This document shows positions 13,776 through 27,830 of a DNA stretch of 64,000 nt, in pieces; position 1 is the first letter of the stretch, and every line of letters starts with the position of its first letter. The notes below the pieces were generated by a model. The model was not told where the DNA came from. It was given only the letters and a program-made list of their open reading frames with translations, and made no database searches. The stretch is taken from assembly GCA_951406725.2 (NCBI GenBank), contig OX597815.1, positions 99,758,001-99,822,000 on the forward strand, given 5' to 3'. A program made the translations under genes and the position numbers. Origin of the DNA: Octopus vulgaris. Lineage: Eukaryota.

Positions 13776-14821
13776 TGAGATACTACCATAATTTACCATT
13801 AATTAAGTTTGAGTTATTTGTCACAATATCAAACTTAGACTTGGGTTAGTTGTCCATTACTACTGCATATGATCTTAAGTTAATAGAAATAGATCTTTAG
13901 AAAAACGCATAATTTTGTTCCATGATCCGGGCATTCGTTGATGAACTGTTCATGGTATTTTGTGGTGGATAGAAATATTAGTAACTGCCGTAGAATTCCT
14001 AAGCCGTATTAATATACAAGGCCTGCTGGAATTGATTCAGGTTTAATGAATATATCAGAAGATTTGGTGAGGGCTATAATAAGCGTGGGTTTTATGTGGG
14101 AAGATAGGGAGAGGGGAGACAATACCTTCACTTACAAAGTCAGCTGATCTCCAGTGACCTTGTAAATGCAACGGAGACTCTTGAAATGTTCACAACATAG
14201 CTAAATTGTTAAGGATTTTCCTATGCAATTACGAGAAGACATTGCATGATCTGGTCTTGGTTTCATTAGCGAAAAATGAAATGAATTAGTCATGACTGAA
14301 ATACCGTTGTCATAGGAGAGTTCTACGCGAACACAACTTATTCGGAGTTAAATAAGAACAAATAATATCAGGCTTAATCAGATGTACATATTATCTACCG
14401 CTTCGGGACATCTTTAAAACGGGATGGATTTGAATGTAACTATCTTACTCACTTTGCATAAAGACACTCACAGTATATAAACACGCTCACTTTATATAAG
14501 CGATTATTAACTGCTCTCTAAATATCTAAATTACTTGAATGAACTAGTACTCAATGAACTAGTAATATAAATTGCTGTTGTAATAACTTATCTTGATATA
14601 AAAGTCACAGTCTTCCTGATTTGCATATAATATTGTTAGTGTAGGTAATTAAACAGTATGCATTTACAATAGACCACAGCGGAAATCAAAATGCTTGAAA
14701 CGTATATAAATGTAGATTAATAAGCAGTTATTTACTTGAAAGCTTAGCTGTGGGATGAAGATGAAAACATTCTACAATAAAAAAAAACTGTGTCCAACTG
14801 CTGCATCATTTTCTCTCGTAG

Positions 14822-14859
<38 letters not shown>

Positions 14860-14914
14860 GCAGATAGAAACGACTATTTCCTTGCATGTTGAAAACATAG
14901 ATGCTTTAATGAAA

Positions 14915-15170
14915 GAAAATAAATAAATGCACCCTTTTAAAGTCTAGCCAGGCTCATGGGTCCAGCTTCCCGGTTTCAATGGCGTATGTTCAGCTGGACG
15001 AGACGCCAGTCCATCGCAGCGTTGCTCATTTTTGCCAGCTGAAGGGACTGGAGCAACGTGAAATGAAGTGTTTTGCTCAAGAACACAACGCGTCGCCCGG
15101 TCCAGGAATTGAAACCACAATCTTACGATCATGATGTTGACACCCTAACCACCAAGCCACGCGCCTCCAC
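14915..15170 (-). mobile_element. tRNA-derived SINE (family C-related) with 16-bp TSD
   Basis: A/B-box-like head, TGTGTTCTTGAGCAAAACACTT core; TSD AGAT(G/A)CTTTAATGAAA at 14899-14914 and 15171-15186. Confidence 0.9.
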
Positions 15171-15339
15171 AGATACTTTAATGAAACATCTATAATTCAC
15201 CTTGATACAAAAAAAGCTGTCTGCAGGCCAGACGAACAGAATAATTTTTGTTTTTTATTTACTGGGAGTTAATTGTGTACCTTAGTTTTGGGTTTAACTT
15301 ACAAATTAAATAAATTAATTTTTTTTAAATAATTGTATT

Positions 15340-15485
15340 TAACTTTGTCAAGCACGACCTTCTTCAGCATTATCCCTCCATATTTACGAAGGAAATATGA
15401 ATAATTTAAAAGATACGAATAAGGTAATATTTTTTTTAATTATTCATATTTTCTTCGTAAATATGGAGGTCGTATTTGACAAATT
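15340..15485. repeat. Imperfect inverted repeat (hairpin)
   Basis: CCTCCATATTTACGAAGGAAATATGAATAATT versus AATTATTCATATTTTCTTCGTAAATATGGAGG, plus outer TTGTCAAGCACGACC / GGTCGTATTTGACAA. Confidence 0.85.
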
Positions 15486-16529
15486 TAAAATTGAAAGTGA
15501 GTCTCAATTCTTCTCTTGACAAAGAATAATAAATAATAAATTCCTATTCTTGATAAATAATAATAAATTCGTACGCCGCGTGCGCAGTGAGAGGTAGCAG
15601 TGACCTTCATGAGGTATTTTGCCGAGCGTCACCGCTGTGATTACTTCGAAAGTTGTGAAATTTGTGTTTTTGTGATCACGTGTATGCTGTAGTCTTGATA
15701 AATAATAAATTCATATTCTTGATAGTGAATAATAAATTCGTACGACGCGAATTAGAACACCACTCTCTGGTTTTGCAAGCGAACACGAAAAATATAATTC
15801 TTGGTGATTACGTGACTGTTTAAAGCGTAGGCGGTTTGATTTTGGTGCGTTTTTACATGTGTGGGCGAAATAGAAGGACTACTATTGCCCACGTGGTGAG
15901 TTAGTGCTAGAAGATGATGTGCGGCGGACGATGTGATGAAAGTCGACGTGAGCGGTATTTTAAGTAGTAGCCGGTGCCATGCGGTCGTTGTGTGAGATGG
16001 TGCTGGCAAAATTCATATGGAACAGTTGGTACAGTAGTTGGTGTCGAGTGTGAAGTTTGTTTCGCCGGTTAATGTGATCAGTGGAACGTTTTGTAATGGC
16101 TGCGAAAATAGTGAACTTCACAACGTTAAGAAGCCGGAATGGTACCGTAAATTCGGTAGTAACAAGAGTCCAGTCGAAAAAAAAAAGAGAAAAAAAGATA
16201 GAACATAAGTTATTAGACTGGTGAATAAAAGAAGTCTACAGAGGTAAATGAAAGAACTCTCGAAAAACTCTCAAAACAGCTGTTTATTTTTTCCATAAAT
16301 GTTTTTGGCCTCTTAATTAAAGTTCTTGTATTTTGGTTATATTCAACGGATTTGTTTGTTATTTTCAACTCTCCCGACTTCTTTGACTACTGCTTCTTCC
16401 GCTCTAAACAAGTTGGTTTGCTGAGCTCGCCTGCGCGGTCTTCTGAGCTATCGGACACAGACTGTTGTGTTGTAGTTGGTCTCTGGAAGCCGCGTGTGGC
16501 GTAACTATGTAAAACTATAAAAAAAATAC

Positions 16530-17057
16530 GGACCTTTTCGGTTTGAACGGCAGTTTTTAACATAATTTCGAGGTAACTAAAAAATTTTAAACTTCGTATA
16601 CTGGTAGAATGTGTTTATAAAACATCATTTTCTCTTGGCTTTCTTGAGAAAATTTTGTAGTTTGTAATATATTTCGTCTTTAATTACTTGCATTTCGACA
16701 ATTTTAACCAATCAATGACTGTCTATTGAGGTGAAAGCATTATGTGCCGTATGAATATGTCTCTCCTTTAAGAAACAGATCGGGTTTATTTACATTTGTG
16801 AAGAAAAAAAGATACCCCCCCAACCCTAACCCTAACATACGGCACAGAATGCTTTCACCTCACTAAACGGTCATTGATTGGTTAAAATTGCCGAAGTGCA
16901 AGAAATTAAAAATGAAATATGTTACAAACTACAGAACTTTCTCAAGAAAGCCAAGAGAAAGTGATGTTTTATAAACACATTCTACCAATATACGAAATTA
17001 AAAATTTTTTAGTTACCTAGAAATTGTTAAAAACTGCCGTTCAAACCGAAAAGATCC
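16530..17057. mobile_element. Fold-back MITE (long TIRs, 8-bp TSD; Merlin-like by termini)
   Basis: GGACCTTTTCGGTTTGAACGGCAGTTTT...AAAACTGCCGTTCAAACCGAAAAGATCC; arms pair for >200 bp; TSD AAAAATAC at 16522-16529 and 17058-17065; central AACCCTAACCCTAAC. Confidence 0.9.
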
Positions 17058-17324
17058 AAAAATACTGTTTAGTATAGTATATTAGTATACATTATGTAGA
17101 TGCAGCAATTTACGCTTTCTGTGGCAGTACCGTTATGCAAAACAGAGTTACTAGTTTAACTCAGTCCTATTTTTTATATAATGTAAATAGCTATAGGCGA
17201 CTAATCTATCTGTGGAAAGATGATGAGGAAATGAGTATGTCACATTCCCAACATCAATTTTCTTCCCTTAGCTGAAACAGAATTCTGCATGATATTTTCT
17301 GCATTTTCTTGTGGTATCAATAAA

Positions 17325-17465
<141 letters not shown>

Positions 17466-17680
17466 TACACAAACACAGACGCAAACGCATGCGCAGATAA
17501 GAATACATCATAGAAAGACAGAATAGACTAAACAGAACAGCACAATAGACTTGGGTGGAAGAATCGCTGAAGAGGTCAAATATGAGTGACAAACGATTTC
17601 CAGACAATGGACATAAGATAAAATAATAACTATATAAAACGAAAAATAACCATCCCAAATAATAACAATATATATATATA

Positions 17681-17733
<53 letters not shown>

Positions 17734-17925
17734 GTGTTTGGGTGCGTGTATACTTCATTAACTAGTCATCATATAATATGAAATGCACTTCAGTAAAATT
17801 CATTTAGCATTTACGCATACACATGCTCATGCAACCGCGTAAAAATATGAGCGTGTGTGTGTTTGTGGCATTATGCATGTGTATGAACATACAATATATA
17901 TATACACATATGAGCATATATATAC

Positions 17926-18310
17926 AGGCGCAGGCGTGTCTGTGTGGTAAGAAGCTTGCTTCCCAACGACATGGTTCTGGGTTCAGTTCCACTGCGTGGC
18001 ACCTTGGGTAAGTGTCTTCTACTATAGCCTCGAGTCGACCAAAGCCTTGCGAGTGGATTTGACAGACGGAAACTGAAAGAAGCACGTCTTATAATGTGTG
18101 TGTGTGTGTGCGTGTTCCCCCACCATCACTTCACAACCGATGTTGGTGTGCTTAGGTCCACCCGTAAATTAGCAGCTCAGGATAGGAGACTGATAGAATA
18201 AGTACTACGCTAACAAAGAATAAGTCCTGCAATGGATACGTTCGTCTAAAGAAACCTCAAAGGTGGTGCTCCAGTATGGCCGCAATCAAATGACTGAAAC
18301 AAGTAAAAGA
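17926..18310 (+). mobile_element. SINE family A, full length, diverged
   Basis: Colinear with 3253-3680. Confidence 0.9.
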
Positions 18311-18509
18311 ACAAATATATATATAAAACCATAACGACAGAGGGAGAGATACAGACAAATTGTGTACTAAAACGAATATAAAATAATTGTACACTAATCT
18401 CACTACATAATTTATTCTTATCTAATTTTCTATATACATACATATATAAGTATATGTTTAACGCCTTGTGTTAATATCTCGACTACCCCAGTCACTTCTC
18501 TCTAGCTCT

Positions 18510-18553
<44 letters not shown>

Positions 18554-18781
18554 ACACTCCCTTTCCCTTATCCACCCACCCCTGTTACTCTTTCCTCCAT
18601 GACTGTCCCGCTTTCTATAGTATATCACCCTGTATTATAACAGTCTTTATCTCTTTTGCTGCTCAGATATTGAGTAGATTTGCTTCAGGCGAAAATGCAC
18701 GACAGTAAAATATCTCGCGGCGATATTATGCGAATATATTTTCCACAGTGAATGTATGTGCGTGTATGTGTGTGTGCGTGC

Positions 18782-18820
<39 letters not shown>

Positions 18821-19023
18821 GTGAGTTTGCGCGAACGTGCATGTGTGTGTGTAAGTCGGTAAGCCTGTTTGCGGGGAAATTCTTTTTTTATAATCTTGTA
18901 TGGATATTATAATTTTGTATTATATTATATGAGTATACATACATATATATATACACACACATACATATATATGTATAAATAAATATATATATATTTATTT
19001 ATACATATATATACATATTTATA

Positions 19024-19085
<62 letters not shown>

Positions 19086-20075
19086 GGTCTATGGAAGCAT
19101 GATAGTGTGTGTGTGTGTGTGTGTATGTGTGAGTGTGCGTGTATGTTTGCTTCAATGCATGCATCAATGTAACTTAGTTTAAGGGAATGTATGTTGGCGG
19201 TCCGGTTATTTTAAAAGAGAGACCCAATTGAATTAATCAAGCCCCTTTCATAAGTATCACAGCAAGAATGAAATATGTTAAGCGAATCTTCTGTACAAGA
19301 TGGGACCACACCCGACCGCAGGAGATTTCCATTGATAGGGAAAGACACTTGAGAAAGAAGAGAAGATTGGAAAGTAAAACAGCAGCTATGCCTGTATATG
19401 TGTATGTGTGCATATACATAGAGGAAAGTGAGGATAGGTTGTTAAAAACAGTCATAGAAAGTGAGTGTGAGTGAAGCAGGATTAATTATGGTGAGTGGTT
19501 TCAAGGATGTAGGAGGGAGAGATAAGCAGTCCTATTAATATGAAGCGGTTAGTTGTGATTAGTAGCTGTACATAAAACCATATTTACATAAACACAAATA
19601 ATATGCATAATTGTAGAGGAATTTAAATACATATATACACACACGCTAATGTACGTATAAGTGCCGCTAGTCTTTGCTAATTTTATACACAACTTTAAGC
19701 ATATTGCATACGCAAACACATACACACCTCCAGGCACAAATACACATGTATATATATATATGCGTGCGTGTGTGTGCATGCGTTTGTGCGTGTATGAATG
19801 TGCTTTAAGAAAATGTAGAAATAGAAATTCGTCAAATCTAGGGAATTACTCCTTGAGAATGATGCACATGCATCTTGAAAATTGTTGTGTATACGACCAA
19901 TGTCTTTTTAATAAACTATTTGAACTTATGGAGTATTTATTACATACGTGTGTGTAGTTGGATGTACGTGTGCTCGCGCGTGTGTGTGTGTGTGTTTGTG
20001 GTCGTGTACAGCACATGAGTATAAGTGTATGTGTGTGTATATATATAATTTTATATATTTGTATTTGTACTTGTA

Positions 20076-20714
20076 CGAAGGGAAGTCAAAGTCTATCCGC
20101 ACTTTCGCCATAATACATCTTTATTATTATCATACTGTCTTCAACGAATGCGTCCTTACAGTGGTACTATTGTGATCACATGGTCGTGGTTTGAGCCTGA
20201 TCGCGCCATTTTTCTTCCTAGCTTTACAGTGTAAGCATGGCCGCTCCACTAGCGATGTGCACCAAACAACAAAGATAAGTAATGCGATTTCTCTGGGAAA
20301 GTGCAAGATACAGTGCTTTGCTGGCCAACAAACTGAAACCAGTAACTTGCACCAAACGCCAAAGCCTATTGTTAAAAACAGTTTCGTTGCTGCATGACAA
20401 TGCACGCCCACACACGGTCGCCCGGGCCGTTCAAACCATTAACCAATTGGGTTTCGAGGTACTGGAACAGCCTTCTTACAGCTCAGATCTCGCCCCTTAC
20501 GACTGTCATATTTTGGACGCTCAAAGATGATTTACGAGGTCGTCGATTTCCTATGGATGAAGATGCAAAGGAAATGGCGCATAGATGGTTCTGCTTGACC
20601 AAGTGCACTGAGAAAAAAAGGAGACTATATAGAAAAATGACGTACTTGTTTATCCCCTGCTTTTGTGCAAACATTGAAAACACAAGACTGCGGATAATTT
20701 TACTCTTTCTCTCT

Positions 20715-20716
<2 letters not shown>
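20076..20716 (+). mobile_element. Internally deleted mariner element
   Basis: LLHDNARPHT..GFEVLEQPSYSSDLAPYD; degenerate TIRs CGAAGGGAAGTCAAAGTCTATCCGCA / TGCGGATAATTTTACTCTTTCTCTCTCG; 5' TA. Confidence 0.88.
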
Positions 20717-20756
<40 letters not shown>

Positions 20757-22010
20757 CACAGTTTAAATACACACACATATACACATACATGCATACATAC
20801 ATGCATACATACATACATACATACATACATACATACATACATACATACATACATACGTACATACATACATACATACATACATACGTACGTACATACATAT
20901 TTGTTGCCGAAGCTGTGAGATTTTGACAGGTAAGCAAATGACTGCAGTAAGGACCTTCGATGACCGAAGAGCTAGTCAGGTGAGTCCAGAAGATGAATCT
21001 AACAATTCGAAACCTGGCCAAGTTAATCCTCCATTTTTCTCTGTTACCCGAAACAGTAACAAAACTCATTTGTTTACATTTGTCCAAATCTCTCAATTTT
21101 AGGTAAGAAGACATTTACTACGCCCTAATACACAATCTTATTGATCCATACACGCTGTTTAACGCTTATAACAATTAATATATATTTTAAAACTTATGTA
21201 TAAGAATATATTGTCTATATGTATATATGTATGAGAGTGTGTACTTTCATCGCTGTTGCTGTTGTTGCTGTCAGTATTGTTATTGCATGTCGCATAATGT
21301 CAAATATTGATTCTTAATAGTGCTGCTATACGTGATTAGATGTAACCTTCCGGTAGGTGGAGATTGTGCTCATGTTTCGATTTCCGGTTGATAATGGTTT
21401 ACATCATTAACTTGGCAATAAATACACACACATATCCACACACGCACACACATACGTACATAATAAATATATTTTATATACGTGTGTGTGTCTGTGTCTG
21501 TGTCTGTGTTTATGTACATTTTATGCTCACTTTATTTACTGTCCACAAAGAGGTGAAAATTGCGTAATTATTGTAAACGATTTACCTTATATCTTTCAAA
21601 TTAATCAGACGCATTGTGCATTGCACTATGGATTAACTATTTAATCTACATGTCAGCATATTTACCCTTATAAAAATTCCTTCAATCAGTCCTAGTTTAT
21701 ATACAGTCCAAATAGAGATTAAAGTCTATGTTCTTTCCCTGATGACCTTTCCTAAGACTAGAAACTTGTGAGACCTATTTCTTGGTGAGCAAGTATATGT
21801 CGTGTAACCAGAAGTTTTCTGCCCATGGTGGTATATGACGTGTAACTTCTTAGTATGAAAGAAATTGTTTATTTAAAAAAAAAAACATTTAATTTATATT
21901 AAGTTTCAAATATGAAACACAATATTTAGAACACCATGAATAAAATAATTTTTTACGTGGCCTCGCTTCCTTTGTGTAGGTAATAGTTTCTCCAAGAGCT
22001 CTAATATATT

Positions 22011-22416
22011 TTTTTTACTCTAGGCACAAGGCCCGAAATTTTGGAGGAAGGGGCCAGTCGATTAGATCGATCCCAGTACACAACTGGTACTTAATTTATC
22101 GACCCCGAAAGGATGAAAGGCAAAGTCGACCTCAGCGGAATTTGAACCGCTAAGCATTTCGCCCGGCGTGCAAACGTTTCTTATTTTTAATTGCCCACAA
22201 GGGGTTACACGCAGACGGGACAAACAAGAACACACAAACGGATTAAGTCGATTATATCGACCCCAGTGTGTAACTGGTACTTATTTAATCGACTCCGAAA
22301 GGATGAAAGGCAAAGTCGACCTCGGCGGAATTTAAACTCAAAACGTAGTAGCGACAGACGAAATTCCGCTAAGCATTTCGTCTAGCGTGCTAACACTTCT
22401 GCCAGCTCGCCGCCTT
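22011..22416 (-). mobile_element. Dimeric/nested SINE family B with a single 16-bp TSD
   Basis: Two body units (22011-22180, 22190-22416); TSD AGAGCTCTAATATATT at 21995-22010 and 22417-22432. Confidence 0.92.
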
Positions 22417-22524
22417 AGAGCTCTAATATATTGATCTTCCTGCAGACAAGAGATGATTATTCTTTCCTTGTTGGATATCAGACAACGAAAAATATAATCA
22501 GATTGATCTCATCGGTTTGCTAGA

Positions 22525-22865
<341 letters not shown>

Positions 22866-24804
22866 ATTGTGATGTCATTAATTCAGCATTTAAAACGAAG
22901 CAATTCCCCACTCTACACGCATGCACGTACACACTTGTACGTGTGTGTACTGTCTATATAATAATTATTCTATTGGCATTACCTTCTACACGTCTACAGC
23001 TTCACCATCATGTTGGCAAGTCAAATTAAGATCCATGTTTTAAGTGGACTGTAGTTAATGATCAAAATAGATTTAGAGACTACACACGTAGCTCGTCTTC
23101 TGTCGGAAAATTATAACAGCCTTCCCTTTCTGAAAAGTGTAGCCTCTCTCGTGATTTATCGGTTCATTCAAATTTTGCTTAACTCGCTTGTTATCATGTG
23201 ATTGACCAAATCTAGAAGGATAGTAGTCAGTCACTACAAAAATGCATACAGTCTTGCAAACAGACTGTATCTACAGTATTTATGTATTTTATAACAGCCC
23301 TCCAATTCCTTTCCAGCATACGTTTTATTTTATTTCTGTTACGATTGACTGTCATATGGTGTAGTAGTACTGCGATGGCAATGGATACAGCCATTTTCAA
23401 TAGACTAAATGAACGGAAAAAATATTTATGCATGGATCGCAACTGTTTTCGGTATTTCAATGGTTTTGTATGCAACAATATACCCCATGTAGTAGGCGTC
23501 CGATCCTTGAATTGAAATAAGCGAAAATGACCCAGGATACCTCAATAGAGTCACTTAGTTCAGGGCTCCAGAACAGACCTATTGACTAAATACTTCCTGT
23601 CCAGATGAAGGCTACATCATAAAACTGTACCGCTTGACGGAACGGCAAATCATCCGTTACATATGCTAGGTTAGCGTCACATCTAGGTATAAAAATAGAC
23701 ATTGAGTAGGGTCTCGCATCCGTTTCACTTTCGGCTATTGGATGTGCTTATACACTTACAAAGTTGTCACATTCGTGCCAGCCACTCCCCTCTTTATGTC
23801 ATAGGGTAACGTTTGAGTGAGCAATGATTAACATCAACCTGACTTGCCGGTTGTCAATTAACTTTATTTTGGCTTCACCAATCCTGAGTTGGGATAGCTA
23901 TCATATATCAAGTATACACAAAACACCTATCCAAGGTGTCAATAAGGGAACCTCTTGGTGGTTTATTAACGTCTACAAATTGCAACCATTGTTATTTCGA
24001 ACCATACAACCTTAGAAAAAAAAAAGACAAATTCACAATACGTAATATACTTTGAAGAAAAGATTGGATTGTCATATATGGAATGCTACGATTAGAGTTG
24101 CTCTGTATCTAAAATGCAAAAAAAAATTGATTGCACTACCGAACCGTTTATAATTACCTTGTTATCTCTGCTGTAATTTCGAGAATACATGTATGTTGAT
24201 AGCTATATTGCATGTTTAACCTTGTCAGATTGACAAACGAGTTGGAGCGTATTGTGCGTAACGGCTTTTAAAGTAATCATATTATGGGAAAAAAATCACA
24301 TTTACTTCTGGTAGTAGTTATAAAAAAGCCGTTGCCAAACCTTGTATAATATTTATATATGCAGTGCATATATGCGTGAGCGCATCCTTGGTTCATCTGT
24401 AGTCATGTGAGTTTATGCGTTTTATACATACACACATATGCACACACATACATATATCTAGATGTAATTGTATATATGCATATATGGATATACACGCATA
24501 TATATATACCCAATGAGCATACATATGGATATATGTACGTACATAGAATAAGAGAATAGATATGCAAGTAAGAGAGTGAAATATTAAAATGTACACGTAT
24601 GTATCAATGTTTGTATGCGTGCATATATATATGGATGCATGTGCGAATAGATGTATGCATGGATGTATGTACGTATTATGTGCGAGTGAATATGTATGTG
24701 TATATTTATATGCGTTTAAATAAGCAAAGGGGAAAATAACATTGAGGAAGAACAATCTAGGAAGAAAAAGAAAAATGCTGAACGTTATCAATGTATCTGT
24801 GTCT

Positions 24805-24877
<73 letters not shown>

Positions 24878-24886
24878 TGTGTTTAT

Positions 24887-24945
<59 letters not shown>

Positions 24946-26534
24946 TGTGCGTGCGTGTGTTTATGCATATTGCATAAAACGTACACGTGTAACATATAAA
25001 ATAACATGTACAAATATTTCCACCTTATTTTTCTTAAGCTAAAACGAAAAAAATAAAGTGAAAACAAAACTTCCAACGAGCAACAAATGCACTGCAGCAG
25101 AAATATTGTAAATGAACCATACAGTTGCAGCAAACTGTAGTGAAACTGTATAAACCATAAAACTTGTGTTATTTAATATATAAATAAGTGTGTGGCAAGG
25201 AAACTGTACAGAATATCACTTCGAATGACAGATTGATTTGTGTGAGTCTTAAGCCAAGCGCGAAATAAACTGCGAGAAATATAAGACGTTTGTGTTTTCC
25301 ACACAACCAATCAGTGCCTATGTTTGAAAGATTGCACAAAGAGAGAGGAAATACGACATTGTTCCTATACATCTCTTATAAACGAGATGAGAAGTGAAAT
25401 AAAACACACGCTGAAACACAAAAATCGTTGAAATGTTTTGTGTAGTAGTTCTTCAAAAAATTTTCTTTTTAAAGTTTTTTTTTTCTCATTTTAATATTAT
25501 TATTAGTAGTATTTGCAATGTTATTATTTTCCAGCAGGTTTCTCTTTATTGCCTGCTTTCACTGTACAGCTTAGCGCAGCTCTGTGTGCCTTGCGTACGT
25601 GTAATGCTTGGGTTTGAATTTATATATTCTATTGGAATAAAAATACTCTACCTTATACATGTGCGCAGTACATAGTTCGTTCTGCATATGTTTAAACAGA
25701 CAGCTTTGTCTACGTATTTATCTGTCTTACCAGTATCTCTTCTTTCAGACATTATATTTGAATAATGTTTTCTTGGGGATATATTATATTCTATTTGGAC
25801 TCCGATGAAGTGTCGTTTCATTTATTAAAGGTCCTTGAAAATACCATATTACTTGTTAGCTTTGTTCCCTCTACGTGTATTGGCACATTCCAGTATCTGC
25901 TAGCTTTATCATTCGCTGAAACCTTTCCTAGTGTGTAGGCTTATGTCACCTCTTTCCCGTTAATATTTCATAATGTGAGCAGATTTTGAAGGCACCATAT
26001 CTAACATACTTATGTGTGTATTCTCTCTTGGCTATGACATAACAACCAGAGAATACGGGATTAACTGTTTCTTCCTTGACTCCTTACATTCGGCAATCAC
26101 ATAAGGTGTCTTGTTTCTTTACAAGTTTTATTGTAGTTTCTGTCTGGAAAGATTTGAGCTTATTCTGAAAACAATAGTCGTAAAATCTCAGTTTTTAATA
26201 CTAGTCATTTTTATCAGTGATTGAGCATGCAGGGTATTTCCTAGTCATCGTTTTCGCGTAGAATTCTGGGACTAATTTTTTGGTCAATCTTAATTTTTTT
26301 TACAATTCTTGTGATTATCTCTCGTTCCCTATCCCTGAAGATGTTTATCACTTTAGCCTCAGGTTTGTATTTGTCAACATCCTCGAAGACAATAAACACT
26401 TTTTATTTTTGTTCGTGTTTTGTACCACTTTGTATTTATCAATATTCTACACTTCATTTATACGTAGTTCTACAGGGGACATGTTATGATAGTTTTTCAA
26501 GTTCATATCGCTATAGTTGTGGGAAATAGTATTT

Positions 26535-27009
26535 TCTTTACTCTTTTACTTGTTTCAGTCATTTGACTGCGGCCATGCTGGAGAACCGCCTTTAGTCGAG
26601 CAAATCGACCCCAAGACTTATTCTCTGTAAGACGAGTACTTATTCTATCGATCTCTTTTGCCGAACCGCTAAGTTACGGGGACGTAAACACACCAGCATC
26701 GGATGTCAAGCGATGTTGGGGGGACAAATACAGACATACAAACACACATACACATATATACACATATACATATATACGGCGGGTTTCTTTCACCAAATCC
26801 ACTCACAAGGCTTTGGTCGGCCCCAGGCTATAGTAGAAGACACTTGCCTAAGGTGCCACGCTGTGGGACTGAACCCGGAACCATGTGGCTTGACAACGAG
26901 TATTGATGTATTTACCTAGCAACTGAAATACGATGTTAGAAGGACGTTCTACACCACCATCAATCCTTATAATAGCAAGCTACTTACCACACAGCCACTC
27001 CTGCGCCTA
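26535..27009 (-). mobile_element. SINE family A, full length, interrupted by a templated insertion (26887-26972)
   Basis: Reverse complement of 3253-3680 with a foreign ~85-bp insert in the head. Confidence 0.9.
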
Positions 27010-27483
27010 TGCTAAAAGTTTGTATCCTGTGTGTGCTAATTTTTTTATTAATTTTTTTGCTTTTTGTTATTCAGAACATTTAAAATCCATTTGAAAATAT
27101 AACTATATTTTGTCACTGTTTCCTGTGAAACAAATACTGAATATATTTTTTCTCCTTACTTCCCCTCTCTGCCATTTAGATTATGTTTATTCCCCAACCT
27201 TATCAAAAATAAACAATAACACGGAGGTTAACTTCGCCTTTTATCCTTTTGGGTAATTTGACGGTCTTTCTTTGGTTAGCATGGAGCGTAAATCTGCATG
27301 AGTAATTGATGGTGTTCCTCAAAGAAATGTTGTCCATGTACATACACACATGTATACATGTATGGTCTCCTATTTAGTGTTTATTATACAAAGGTACGAC
27401 GAGATAAAGGAAATGTAATACATCAAACATGATGAGGGGGAGAATCTACAAAACGAATCTACAAATTAGTGCCTCATATACTC

Positions 27484-27830
27484 AGGCGTGGCTGTGTGGT
27501 AAGAAGCTTGCTTCCTAACCACATAGTTCTGGATTCAGGCCAACTGCGTGGCACCTTGGGCAAGTGTCCTGTACTATAGTCTCGGGTCAACTAAAGCCTT
27601 GTGAGTAGATTTGGTAGACGGAAACTGAAAAAAAACCGTCTTTGTGTGTATTTGTGTGTATATTCGGCTTGACAACGAGTGTTGATACATTTACCTAGCG
27701 GTTCAGCAAAAGAGATTGATAGAATAAGTAATAGGCTTAGCAAAAAATTTAAGTACTGGGGTCGATACATTCGAGGAAAAATTCTTGAAGGTGGTGCCAC
27801 AGCATGGCCTCAGTCTAAAGACAAACAAAG
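27484..27830 (+). mobile_element. SINE family A, diverged
   Basis: GGCGTGGCTGTGTGGTAAGAAGCTTGC head; tail GGTGCCACAGCATGGCC. Confidence 0.88.

Noticed and set aside
16821-16836. Telomeric repeat
   Set aside because: Only ~2.5 units inside a MITE; not a telomere or fusion site
20925-21110. Three consensus splice donors (CAG|GTAAGC, CAG|GTGAGT, TAG|GTAAGA)
   Set aside because: No matching strong acceptor or coherent exon; can occur by chance
21735-21780. CTGATGA...GAAAC hammerhead-like spacing
   Set aside because: No convincing stem I or II, and the cleavage triplet would be GUG
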